NCBI GenBank assembly: GCA_000724175.1
Contig: JPGV01000015.1
Coordinates: forward strand, 68,523 to 132,522
Direction of reading: 5' to 3'
DNA length: 64,000 nucleotides
Origin: [Candidatus Thermochlorobacteriaceae] bacterium GBChlB
Lineage (GTDB): Bacteria > Bacteroidota > Chlorobiia > Chlorobiales > Thermochlorobacteraceae
Position 1 is the stretch's first letter, and the number at the start of each line of letters is the position of its first letter. Shown in pieces: positions 28,645 through 39,759 of this stretch. The position numbers and the translations under genes are program-made. The notes below the pieces were generated by a model, which made no database searches, was not told the origin of the DNA, and saw only the letters and a list, made by a program, of their open reading frames with translations.

Positions 28645-29322
28645 ATGATTTCACTTCGGGACGTCTCGTTACAACTTGGCAATAAGCGCGTGCTTGACCG
28701 TGTCTCGCTTGACGTCAAACGCGGCGAGTTCGTCTACATCGTCGGACAAAGCGGCGCCGGCAAAAGCACGCTGTTGAAATTGCTGTATATGGACATTCTG
28801 CCCGACAGCGGCGACGTGCGCGTGGGCGAATACAGCTCAAGGAGCATTAAGCCAAGAGACATTCCCTATCTGCGTCGAAACTTGGGCATTGTCTTTCAAG
28901 AGTTTAGGCTCTTTGAAGACCGCACTGTGTATGAAAACGTGGCGTTTGTCTTGGAAGTAACCGACACGCGCCCGAAAGAGATTCCGAAGAAAGTCAGCGA
29001 TGCGCTGTCGGAAGTTGGGTTATCGCAAAAGCGAAACGAGTTGCCGCAGGCACTCTCGGGCGGCGAACAACAGCGCGTCTCTATTGCGCGCGCGCTCGTG
29101 CGAGAGCCGTATGTCTTGCTGGCTGACGAGCCGACAGGAAACTTAGACCCGCATGTGTCAATAGAAATCATGCGCCTGCTGCGCAAAATCAATTTGAAGG
29201 GCATTACGGTCGTAATGGTTACGCATGATTACAGCTTGGTGCAACAAGTGCCGGCACGCACGCTGCGGGTTGAAAACGGAAAAATTTCCGAGGTCTCCGA
29301 ACTCTCGTTAAAATCTCTGTAA
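28645..29322 (+). CDS. ftsE: cell-division ABC ATPase FtsE
   Basis: 225 aa from the ATG at 28645. Contains GQSGAGKSTLLKLLY, LSGGEQQRVSIARAL and LLADEPTGNLDP. The track start at 28531 overlaps pdxA. No ftsX follows. Confidence 0.8.
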   Translation: MISLRDVSLQLGNKRVLDRVSLDVKRGEFVYIVGQSGAGKSTLLKLLYMDILPDSGDVRVGEYSSRSIKPRDIPYLRRNLGIVFQEFRLFEDRTVYENVAFVLEVTDTRPKEIPKKVSDALSEVGLSQKRNELPQALSGGEQQRVSIARALVREPYVLLADEPTGNLDPHVSIEIMRLLRKINLKGITVVMVTHDYSLVQQVPARTLRVENGKISEVSELSLKSL

Positions 29323-29402
29323 GTTTTTACAAAAACATAATTTGATTCTGTTATCGACTCTCACGTAAATTTCGCGTTAATCAAATACCAGATGAAAAAT
29401 CT

Positions 29403-29768
29403 ATGAACAATCAGGAACGCGGCGGACTGACGCCAGAAGAGTGGAAAGATTTGCAGCAACAAATCGCCGAGCTGTTTGACATCACAATTCGCTACACAGA
29501 AATCGTGGCGATGGAAAGCGACCGTATTTGGGACAAAGACCGCCCGAAGTTCGTCAAACAGCGCGATACCAACGTTGATGCCGCGCTGACTGCCTACCAA
29601 AAAAAGCTGAAGCAGTTTGAAGAAGAACGCTCAGCAGCCTATTCCAAAAACTACAATAAGCTCAAAGCGGATAGCTTTGACCGTGTAGCAAAAATTGAAA
29701 AATACGTCGAGCGACTTGCTGCCGCAGTTGGCGTTAATTTCTTTGTCGACAGCGACAAGAAAAAATAA
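29403..29768 (+). CDS. hypothetical cytoplasmic helical protein
   Basis: 121-aa ORF with coding-like composition and no recognisable motif. Its stop codon directly abuts the stop of the convergent gene. Confidence 0.5.
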   Translation: MNNQERGGLTPEEWKDLQQQIAELFDITIRYTEIVAMESDRIWDKDRPKFVKQRDTNVDAALTAYQKKLKQFEEERSAAYSKNYNKLKADSFDRVAKIEKYVERLAAAVGVNFFVDSDKKK

Positions 29769-31055
29769 TTAGTCGGTGTAGTTGAGCGCGGTGGCGAAGT
29801 GCATGATGCGCACCTTCAAGCCTGCCTTTGCCACGCCGTAACGAAGTTGTAACAAACATCCGGGATTTGCAGTAACCACAATGTCGGCGCCCGTCCGTTC
29901 AATCGCCTTTACCTTTTCCGCCAATAATTCTTCTGAACGTTCGGGTTGCATTAAGTTGTAAATGCCCGCGCTGCCGCAGCACATTGGCGACCCCAACTCG
30001 ACCACGTCGGAAAATTTTTGTTTCAAGAGCGCTCGCGGCTCATTGCGGATTTTCTGTCCATGCTCCAAATGGCAAGCGTCTTGATAAGTAACCCTCAGTC
30101 CAGAGATTTTGTCAAACGGCGTGCTGCCCGAAACGCCTTGTGCCGCAAGGGTTTCCGAAAGGTCTTGAACGCGCATCGAGAGCGCGACAGCTTTTTGATG
30201 ATAAATGTCGGTCGGCTCGAAGAGCATGGCATAGTGCTTCATCATGGCGCCGCAGCCCGCCGAGTTGATGACAATCGCACCACTCTGTGCTGAAAAAACA
30301 TCAATGTTCTTTCGCGCAAGTTCTCTCGCCTCGTCTAAAAATCCATTGTGCGCGTGCAAGGCGCCGCAGCAACCCTGACCGTTAGGAACATCGACATGAA
30401 ATCCAGCGCGTTTCAAAACGGCGGCAGTGTCGTGATGTACGTCGCTAAACGCGGTGTTCATGACGCAGCCAGAAAGCAGCAGCGCGGTTGGCTCATCTGA
30501 CCGACGCACATCGCCCTTGAAATCCTCATCGAAAAACCGATTGGAAATTCGAGGCGAGAGTTCCAGCATACGTTTGAGCGGTTTTGGCAAGACCGCGCCG
30601 AGGGGAAGTTTTTGAGATAGCCAAATGAGGCGCGAGAGTAATTTGAACCGTTTGGGGTATGGAAAGACGTGCCGCATCGCCAACTGCAGCAGCCAAGACG
30701 CCAGCGTTGGGTGTTTCGCGTAATGCGCTTGAACCACTGTCTTTGCCGATTCAAAAATTTTTTCGTACTCCACGCCCGCAGGACAGGCAGTCTGGCACGC
30801 CAAACAGCCCAGACACGTGTCAATCGAGTCGGAAAGTTGGTCAGCATGTTCCGTCGATGAAAACGCCCCTTCGTGAATCGCCCGCGTCAGTTGTATTCGC
30901 CCGCGAGGCGAGTAGCGTTCAAGTCCCGTCAAGCTGTAAGTCGGGCAATGCGGCAGGCAAAATCCGCATTGCATACAGTTGAGCAGCATCTCGTCGGTAA
31001 CAATCGGCAGCGTCGGCGGCGCAACTGGTGCAGAAGGCTCGTTGAGTTCGTTCAT
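29769..31055 (-). CDS. (Fe-S)-binding oxidoreductase subunit, GlcF/LutA-like
   Basis: Two 4Fe-4S ferredoxin motifs (CMQCGFCLPHCP and CLGCLACQTACP) plus two CCG domains (GQGCCGALHAHNG and MCCGSAGIYN). 428 aa from the ATG at 31055. The track ORF extends to 31217. Confidence 0.8.
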   Translation of the reverse strand: MNELNEPSAPVAPPTLPIVTDEMLLNCMQCGFCLPHCPTYSLTGLERYSPRGRIQLTRAIHEGAFSSTEHADQLSDSIDTCLGCLACQTACPAGVEYEKIFESAKTVVQAHYAKHPTLASWLLQLAMRHVFPYPKRFKLLSRLIWLSQKLPLGAVLPKPLKRMLELSPRISNRFFDEDFKGDVRRSDEPTALLLSGCVMNTAFSDVHHDTAAVLKRAGFHVDVPNGQGCCGALHAHNGFLDEARELARKNIDVFSAQSGAIVINSAGCGAMMKHYAMLFEPTDIYHQKAVALSMRVQDLSETLAAQGVSGSTPFDKISGLRVTYQDACHLEHGQKIRNEPRALLKQKFSDVVELGSPMCCGSAGIYNLMQPERSEELLAEKVKAIERTGADIVVTANPGCLLQLRYGVAKAGLKVRIMHFATALNYTD

Positions 31056-31186
31056 AATGCGATGATGAAAAGTGACGACTTGTGTGGCAAGATAAGAGAA
31101 ATCGTTGCGTTCTCGACACCGTTGAACAACGGAAGTCTCGCGCGAAAAGCGTAGTTTCAGCCAAGCGCATTCAAACAGCAACGACC

Positions 31187-32380
31187 ATGAACCAACCAAC
31201 CATTGAACCTGCGGCAAGCCTCAATCACCTTGCGCTGCAATCCGTTGAATCGGCCGTGCCGACCGATGAGTCTAAATCAACCCGTTTGGTATCGCTCGAT
31301 GTCTTTCGTGGGCTGACGATGATGGGAATGACGATTGTCAACAATCCGGGCAGTTGGAGTCATGTTTATCCGCCGCTTCGGCACGCTGAATGGAACGGTT
31401 GGACAATCACCGATTTAGTGTTTCCATTTTTCATTTTCATCGTCGGCGCTGCCATTCCTTATGCGCTTGGCAAACGCTTCGAGAGCGACTCGCGCCAAAA
31501 AATTTACCTGAAAATCGTTAGGCGCACCGCCGTGATGTTCCTGTTAGGCTTGGTCTTAGCAGGCTTTCCGAATTTCAATCTCGAGACAATTCGCATCATG
31601 GGTGTTTTGCAGCGACTTGCGCTTTGTTACTTTGCCGCGTCGCTGATTTTTTTGCATACCGATGTAAAAATGCAGGCAATCACAGCGCTTGGCTGTTTGG
31701 CAGTGTATTGGCTTCTCATGCTCATTCCGCCGCCCGACCGCGAGACGCTTTGGCAGACCAAAGACGACAACATCGCTGCTTGGCTTGACCGCACGATTTT
31801 CGGAACGGCGCATCTCTGGAAAGCCGCCAAAACTTGGGACCCGGAAGGGCTACTCTCGACCATCCCTGCGATTGCCACTGCACTTGCCGGAACGCTATCG
31901 GGAACATGGTTGCGCTCGCCGCGTGAGCCAATTGAAAAAGCGGCGGGACTTTTTTTCGCGGGCGTGATAGCGCTGGGCATCGGCGGCGCAATGGATTGGG
32001 CGTTTCCAATCAATAAAAATATCTGGTCGCCGTCCTACGCTGTGTTTATGAGCGGCTACGCGCTGGTCGTCTTGGCAGCGTGTTATTACGCGATTGACGT
32101 CAATGGGTGGAAAAAATGGACGGAGCCGTTTGTGGTGTTCGGCGTGAACGCGCTCTTGCTCTTTTTTGCGTCAGGCATGTTAGCCCGTGTCGTGGGGAGC
32201 ATGATAAAGTTTCGGGTCGGCGACGAGACACTCTCGTTACAGCAGTTTATCTACAAACACCTCTTGGCGTCGTGGGCGGGCGAAATGGTCGGTTCGCTCT
32301 TGTATCCGCTCCTGTTGCTGGCGCTGTGGTATGTGGTGCTGCGAGCGCTCTATAAACGAAATTGGATTTGGAAGGCATAG
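31187..32380 (+). CDS. HGSNAT-like membrane acyltransferase (DUF5009/DUF1624 family)
   Basis: About 397 aa, polytopic. RLVSLDVFRGLTMMGMTIVNNPGSW..YPPLRHAEWNGWTITDLVFPFF is the hallmark N-terminal block of this family (recalled). The start is placed at the ATG at 31187. Confidence 0.65.
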   Translation: MNQPTIEPAASLNHLALQSVESAVPTDESKSTRLVSLDVFRGLTMMGMTIVNNPGSWSHVYPPLRHAEWNGWTITDLVFPFFIFIVGAAIPYALGKRFESDSRQKIYLKIVRRTAVMFLLGLVLAGFPNFNLETIRIMGVLQRLALCYFAASLIFLHTDVKMQAITALGCLAVYWLLMLIPPPDRETLWQTKDDNIAAWLDRTIFGTAHLWKAAKTWDPEGLLSTIPAIATALAGTLSGTWLRSPREPIEKAAGLFFAGVIALGIGGAMDWAFPINKNIWSPSYAVFMSGYALVVLAACYYAIDVNGWKKWTEPFVVFGVNALLLFFASGMLARVVGSMIKFRVGDETLSLQQFIYKHLLASWAGEMVGSLLYPLLLLALWYVVLRALYKRNWIWKA

Positions 32381-32515
32381 GGTTGAAAAAACGTCGCAGG
32401 CGCGTCCTGACAAAATGAATCGCTGGGTATGACGCACGAGATAACGTTTGTCAAACATATTGGTCTTTACGGCGCCGCCGCCCGAAATACGCTGTAAAAT
32501 CAAGGCTTGTTCAGT

Positions 32516-32532
32516 TTGGCACGGGAGTTGAA
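32516..32532 (+). promoter_or_regulatory. sigma-54-like -24/-12 element upstream of hsp20 (one mismatch at -12)
   Basis: TTGGCACGGGAGTTGAA compared with the consensus YTGGCACGrNNNTTGCW. Spacing is correct, but the -12 element is GA rather than GC. About 100 nt upstream of the ATG at 32632. Confidence 0.2.
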
Positions 32533-32631
32533 AATGAGCAAGGTGCAAGGCTTCAACCGAAGCATAAAGTCAAGTAATCATCATAAACATCAATGGTAAT
32601 GATGCAACCAAAAAGAAAAGGAGGACAAGCC

Positions 32632-33051
32632 ATGTTAGTGAAGTTCAATCAAAGCCCGCTGACGCAAATCGATCGCGTCTTTGACGAAATGTTCCGCTCG
32701 CCGTTTCAAACGGTCAGTCCAGAGTTCGGCGGTTTCAAGGTGGATATTTCCGAAGACGACAAAGCCATTTATATCGAAGCCGATATGCCGGGCATGAAGA
32801 AGGAAGACATTAAAGTGAGCGTTGAGCGCGACATGCTCACGATTCGTGGCGAGCGCAAACAAGAGTCCGAAAAGAAGGACAAGAATTATCATCGCATTGA
32901 GCGCTTCTACGGGTCGGTCGCCCGCAGCTTTACGCTTGGCGAAAACGTCAGCCGCGATAACATCGACGGCGAGTTCAAGGATGGTGTCTTGCGCCTGACC
33001 TTGCCCAAAGTTGAGCCAGTGAAAAACACGAAAGAAATCATGTTGCGATAA
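32632..33051 (+). CDS. small heat-shock protein (Hsp20/alpha-crystallin family)
   Basis: 139 aa from the ATG preceded by AGGAGG. Alpha-crystallin domain (DISEDDKAIYIEADMPGMKKEDIKVSVERDMLTIRGER...GVLRLTLPK). Confidence 0.9.
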   Translation: MLVKFNQSPLTQIDRVFDEMFRSPFQTVSPEFGGFKVDISEDDKAIYIEADMPGMKKEDIKVSVERDMLTIRGERKQESEKKDKNYHRIERFYGSVARSFTLGENVSRDNIDGEFKDGVLRLTLPKVEPVKNTKEIMLR

Positions 33052-33072
33052 GCGCGAAACGATGAAACGGAA

Positions 33073-33096
33073 AAAGTCCGACGAAAGTCGGACTTT
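33073..33096 (+). terminator. intrinsic terminator after hsp20
   Basis: AAAGTCCGAC-gaaa-GTCGGACTTT. Confidence 0.7.
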
Positions 33097-33552
33097 CCCG
33101 TTGAAGTGTAGGGCAGTGTAAGCGTTCGAAAATGGGCGCGCGCCCGATAACAGCGCTAACTCACAAAGTTGCTACAATCAACGGAATCACGACAAAAAGA
33201 GACTTCCGTTTTTCAAAAATTGAAAAATTGTTAAAGTTTAAACCGTTAAAAATAACGACTTATTTTGTAAAAACGACCAAATTGACTTTTTAAGCGGAAA
33301 TTGCGGAACAAAATTGGCTGTGAAAGCATTTACACACTCAGTTCATAGTTATTCTCCTTTTTCAATGGTGCTTTCGCAGTTTCGTTCATTTTCTGCGAAG
33401 GCGCCTTTTATTTTCGACCAAGCCTCGCAATTGCCGCTACGGTTTTTCTACAAGTCAAAAGACAGTTCAAGAGCAGGCGATGTAGAATGTTCAAAGTTTA
33501 GAGCGTATTTTCCAGATGAATTTCTTAACGCGGTTCTATGTAACAATTCTGA

Positions 33553-35517
<1,965 letters not shown>

Positions 35518-35537
35518 TTGATTGTCGCACACTAAAC

Positions 35538-35566
35538 AAAAAGTCCCGCGACGAGCGGGACTTTTT
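35538..35566 (+). terminator. intrinsic terminator after dnaK
   Basis: AAAGTCCCGC-gacga-GCGGGACTTTTT. Confidence 0.75.
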
Positions 35567-35821
35567 GGGTTATGTATCAAAGTGATGTTGACGGTGAACG
35601 CTGTTAGCACCACTCACTAATGGGTTGCGTCGCTACGCTCGCAATGATCATCTGTCGTGACAACGGCGCGCCATGACTACGCCAGCCAGACAAACCAAAG
35701 AACGCGACACAACTGATGCACGACCCTAATGTGCTTTTCAATGGCGCGAAGAAAGCGTAAATTGCAACCAAAGAAGCCGGCGGTTTTGGGCTTGAATACA
35801 CTAACGCTAAACACTCAAACC

Positions 35822-36202
35822 ATGCCAATTACACGCTCTGGTAACCCGGTTCACAAGCTCGATAAATACTTCATTCATTCAGCGCGACGCGACGAGAACG
35901 GTCGCCTGAAGCTCACGATTTCATCGGCGGCGGGCTATGGACGAATCACAAACACAAATGAAATTAAACGCCGCTTGGTTGACGGCACCATGCAGCTTGT
36001 GATTCTGTCCAGCAACGAAGACATTGCGGTGAAAGCCGATGATGTGGTGCGCAACAACGAAGACCGATACAACCCGAACTTTGATGGTCGATCGACGCAA
36101 TGGACGGTGCGCGAAATGCAAGTCTTTGTTAATCCGAACAACAACGAACTCTCGGTCGAGATGAACGGAAAAATTTACACGCTCGACCAGTTCTTCAAGT
36201 GA
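35822..36202 (+). CDS. hypothetical protein (no signal peptide, beta-rich)
   Basis: 126 aa from the ATG at 35822 (MPITRSGNPVHKLDKYF...). The track start at 35729 gives a basic leader. No motif recognised. Confidence 0.45.
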   Translation: MPITRSGNPVHKLDKYFIHSARRDENGRLKLTISSAAGYGRITNTNEIKRRLVDGTMQLVILSSNEDIAVKADDVVRNNEDRYNPNFDGRSTQWTVREMQVFVNPNNNELSVEMNGKIYTLDQFFK

Positions 36203-36292
36203 GGAAAGCCGCCGATGCGAATAGTCGAAACGGCGCAGCAAGTGCAGGCAGCAAGTATAGGATTAAGGCTTGCAGAAAAAACACGGTGTAGC

Positions 36293-37669
36293 CTACCGCG
36301 AGACAATCGAGACGACACCGGCTGGTGAGATTTCAATTTTGAACACGTCGAATGTCAGGTCGCGGTTGCCAGGCGGGAATTTCCAATTCCTGATGGCTTC
36401 GGCGAACTGCTCTTCGGTGAAATTGCCGAGCGGCGATTCGTCTAAACTGGAGACGAGCAGCCGAATTTTCTCGACATTGCCGCGCTTGCCGATGACAATT
36501 TCGTAATAAATCTTGCCGTAGACCGTTGTGTCTTGTTTGCGCACGGTTTTGTAGATGTCTGCCAAATCCTGACTGCGCTCGTCAAGCACATCCATCACGC
36601 GCTTGTTACGGCGGCGCTCTGCTTGTGTGTAAACTTGTTCATCGTATAATCCAAGCGACTCGTCGATGCGATAAGGAATGCGAAAGCGGCGGTCGAGGTC
36701 AATCCGGACGCCGGCCGAAATGCGGAACGGCGCGTAGTTCATACCCGAGAGCGTCGTAACGGGATTGCCGAATGCAGCGGCGGTGGCAACATCGGTGCTT
36801 TCAGAGCCGCCGATGAGCAAAATCTGTCCAAGCAACTCCACCCAGAGCCAATCCAACGCTTGATATTTTCCGCCAAGCACGGCATAAGCGAAACTCTCGC
36901 GTCCATACACAATCGAAGGCAACTCCGACCCGACATAGAGTTCGGAAAAAATTTCGGCAAAAGCAACGATGTTATAGGCTGGAATGGGAAGCGGGACATC
37001 GCCGCCAAGCCCAAGCCGCACAGTGAAGGGACTAAAGCCGAGCTGACGAAACGGTGGCGCGCCGCGAGAGATGGCTTTATCTGATGAAAAATACGAGCGA
37101 ACCCCGAGATTGAAGTGAATGCCAGCGGCGGCTTCAGGAAAGATGTTGTCGAAGAAATACGAACCTATGAATGTCAGCCCTGCACCAAACTCGTTGAAGT
37201 GAAATGGCAGAAGCGGCGGATTGCTTTCGCCTCTGAACGGAATTTGAAAATCGAGCATGCCGCCCAATTGAATGCGATTGTTTGAGACGCCAAACGAGCC
37301 TACCTTAGCCACAATGCGCGCGCCGCCAAGCAAATCGGTAACGGACGGCGCATTGACAATACTGTTTCGAATTTGAAAGGCATTGAGCGACGCAGAAAAC
37401 ATCAAGTGGCGGTCGACGATGTAATCGACGGCGACATCAGCGTTGGCTTGCAAGACGGTTGACGGAAACGCGCTGCCGATGATGTAATCGCTGCCGCGAA
37501 AGAAAAATGAGCCTGTGGTGGCGATGCTGGTTGTGCCGACGCGCTCCAACAGCGCTTTTTGTGTGTGGAACAAACGGTCGCTTGCCGTCAGCGGCGATTG
37601 CGCCAAAAGAGACGCATCAAAGAAAAGAACAATGGCAGCAACTGCAAAGAGCGTCGAGAGTGGCTTCAT
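36293..37669 (-). CDS. secreted beta-barrel-like protein with a C-terminal TonB-C/AgmX-like domain
   Basis: Signal peptide MKPLSTLFAVAAIVLFFDASLLAQ (ATG at 37669). A G/S/F/Y-rich body of about 370 aa. The last 75 aa or so (YGKIYYEIVIGKRGNVEKIRLL...EAIRNWKFPPG) resemble the TonB C-terminal fold. The track ORF extends to 37768. Confidence 0.6.
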   Translation of the reverse strand: MKPLSTLFAVAAIVLFFDASLLAQSPLTASDRLFHTQKALLERVGTTSIATTGSFFFRGSDYIIGSAFPSTVLQANADVAVDYIVDRHLMFSASLNAFQIRNSIVNAPSVTDLLGGARIVAKVGSFGVSNNRIQLGGMLDFQIPFRGESNPPLLPFHFNEFGAGLTFIGSYFFDNIFPEAAAGIHFNLGVRSYFSSDKAISRGAPPFRQLGFSPFTVRLGLGGDVPLPIPAYNIVAFAEIFSELYVGSELPSIVYGRESFAYAVLGGKYQALDWLWVELLGQILLIGGSESTDVATAAAFGNPVTTLSGMNYAPFRISAGVRIDLDRRFRIPYRIDESLGLYDEQVYTQAERRRNKRVMDVLDERSQDLADIYKTVRKQDTTVYGKIYYEIVIGKRGNVEKIRLLVSSLDESPLGNFTEEQFAEAIRNWKFPPGNRDLTFDVFKIEISPAGVVSIVSR

Positions 37670-37716
37670 AACAGAGCGGTTTTCGGAACGGTCGTTTTTT
37701 GAGGTCATTGTTAATT

Positions 37717-37736
37717 GCCTGATATGCCTGATATGC
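37717..37736 (-). repeat. tandem 9-mer GCCTGATAT x2.2 in the leader/promoter region of the barrel-like gene
   Basis: GCCTGATAT GCCTGATAT GC read on the plus strand. Lies between the MCE gene stop and the preferred start at 37669. Confidence 0.6.
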
Positions 37737-37810
37737 TTTGATAGCAAACTAAGATCAGGGTTGAACAAGATGCTGCGAATATACGCCGATGCGCACGATT
37801 AAGCAAAGGG

Positions 37811-38698
37811 TCAGAACAACCGAAGTTGAACTTTCATGCCGTCTTTTTGTCCCAGCTTCAAAAGCGAATCCAAATTATTGACAATGCTGTCGAGCTTGAG
37901 CGTGAATTTTTCATCGTTGAGCAACCTGCCAACGAGCGTTTGCTTGTCGGTTTTAAGTTTGTTGGTAAGCTCCGAGAGCGAGGCGATGAGTGCATCGGCA
38001 TTTTTGAGGGTGCCACGCACGTCGCCGACAGCGCCTTTCACATCGGGCTGAAGGTCTTTGACGAGCGTTTCAACCGTGTTAATCGTGCGGTCGATGTTAG
38101 CAAGCAGTTGTTTGATGTTAGCGCCGCGCAAATCGCGTGCGAGAATTGCCAAATCGGTGGTGGCAACGCGGAGATTGCGGACAGAAATTTTTAGGTCTTC
38201 CTGAACAGAGGCGTCGCCGATGATGGCATTGGCATTGCCGACAACGCTTTGAAGGTCGCGCACAAGCAAGCGCAGCGTGTCAATTGCGTCGCCCGCGAAG
38301 CCGACGAGCTGAGGAATATCTGCTGTAAAGATGCCACGAATTTTTCCATCTGGTGCAAGCCGCCCTGCATCGGGCGAGCCGACATCGAGTTCGATTTTTT
38401 TGCCTGTCATCAATTCAAGCATCATCAATTGGGCAACCGCGTTTTGATACAAGACGACAGTCGGGTCAAGCAGAATCGTTACCTCAACGGCTCTGCCGGC
38501 GAGCGCAATGGTTTGCACCTTGCCCGACTTCAAGCCGTTAATCATCACTGGGTCGCCTTGATTAAGTCCGCTCACATTGGGGAAAACAATTGTGGCAGTT
38601 TGTTCGCCGACCTTGACGTCCTTTGCCCACCAAATGGCGCCACCGAGGACAAGCAAGGCTGCCGCGACTGTTAAGCCTACTTTCAGTTCGGGTTTCAT
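37811..38698 (-). CDS. mlaD: MCE-domain (MlaD-like) protein
   Basis: 295 aa. N-terminal anchor MKPELKVGLTVAAALLVLGGAIWW, MCE domain (FPNVSGLNQGDPVMINGLKSGKVQTIAL), and a long helical C-terminal region. Confidence 0.75.
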   Translation of the reverse strand: MKPELKVGLTVAAALLVLGGAIWWAKDVKVGEQTATIVFPNVSGLNQGDPVMINGLKSGKVQTIALAGRAVEVTILLDPTVVLYQNAVAQLMMLELMTGKKIELDVGSPDAGRLAPDGKIRGIFTADIPQLVGFAGDAIDTLRLLVRDLQSVVGNANAIIGDASVQEDLKISVRNLRVATTDLAILARDLRGANIKQLLANIDRTINTVETLVKDLQPDVKGAVGDVRGTLKNADALIASLSELTNKLKTDKQTLVGRLLNDEKFTLKLDSIVNNLDSLLKLGQKDGMKVQLRLF

Positions 38699-38907
38699 TT
38701 AAATCGGGTTAATTGCAAAAAAGCTTCGGGTTCAAAACAAGGTTCGAAGCACTGTCGTTGGCAACAAAGTTACATTAAACTTTCTTCAAACGCGAGACGA
38801 TAGAAAAATGAATCTCCGCATCGGCGTTGTATATTCAAAAATAATTCATGCTAAAACTTCGCGTTGAAAAACCCAACGATAAAATTCAGCCTGCTCGGGG
38901 CGGCGAT

Positions 38908-39759
38908 ATGAAATTTGGATTAAGCATCAACACGGCGCGCGAGAGCGCCTTGCGCGCAGGCGAAGCCCTGACGCAATGGTTCAAAGAGCGCGGCATTGCG
39001 TATATCGTCGAGAAAGACGCCGCGAAAATTCTCGGCGAAATTGAGCGGTGCAAAATTGAAACGCTTTCGGAAAACTGCGATGTAATTATCTCGCTTGGCG
39101 GCGATGGCACGCTCCTGCGTGTCGCGCGATACGCCAACGCAACACCAATTCTGGGCGTCAATTTTGGACGCTTGGGATTTCTCGCCGAGTTCAGCATAGA
39201 GGAACTCTATCCAGTCATTGAGCGCGTGCTGAAAAACAATTTTAAAACCGAAACGCGCACTCGGCTGGAAGCCTGCGTGAAGGTCGGCAAAAAAGAACAT
39301 AAAATCACTGCGCTCAACGATGTCATCGCGGAGCGCGGCGGTTTTCCGCGCCTGCCCGTGATTTCATTAAAAATTGACGGACATCTGGTCAGCCATTACA
39401 AAGCCGACGGATTAATAATCTCGACATCGACCGGCTCAACGGCGTATTCTATGTCCGCTGGCGGTCCAATTATTGTGCCGAAATCAAAAGTATTTGTCAT
39501 TACGCCGATTTGCCCGCATGTCTTAACAACGCGCCCGATAGTCGTTTCTGACGATAAAGAGCTTGAAATTTCAATTGAATCAATGGACGAGCGGTTTATG
39601 CTCAACTGCGACGGCAGTCAGCAAATTGAATTAACTGCTAAAGACCGCGTACGCGTCTATAAATCTGAAAAACCCGTTTATATTATCGAAAATGAAAAAC
39701 GAAATTATTACGATGTTCTTCGAACAAAATTTCTTTGGGGGAAAGATTATGAAAAATAA
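38908..39759 (+). CDS. nadK: NAD kinase
   Basis: Contains GGDGTLL, NFGRLGFL and DGLIISTSTGSTAYSMSAGGPI. 283 aa from the ATG at 38908 (GGGGCGG upstream). The track ORF starts at 38848. Confidence 0.9.
   Translation: MKFGLSINTARESALRAGEALTQWFKERGIAYIVEKDAAKILGEIERCKIETLSENCDVIISLGGDGTLLRVARYANATPILGVNFGRLGFLAEFSIEELYPVIERVLKNNFKTETRTRLEACVKVGKKEHKITALNDVIAERGGFPRLPVISLKIDGHLVSHYKADGLIISTSTGSTAYSMSAGGPIIVPKSKVFVITPICPHVLTTRPIVVSDDKELEISIESMDERFMLNCDGSQQIELTAKDRVRVYKSEKPVYIIENEKRNYYDVLRTKFLWGKDYEK

Noticed and set aside
32237-32548. 103-aa minus-strand ORF between the acyltransferase gene and hsp20
   Set aside because: It overlaps the 3' end of the acyltransferase gene, has no ribosome-binding site and no recognisable features. 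It probably lies in the hsp20 promoter region.
35604-35828. 74-aa minus-strand ORF between the dnaK terminator and the orphan ORF
   Set aside because: It has no ribosome-binding site and an odd composition. It also overlaps the upstream start region of the plus-strand ORF, so it is likely spurious.
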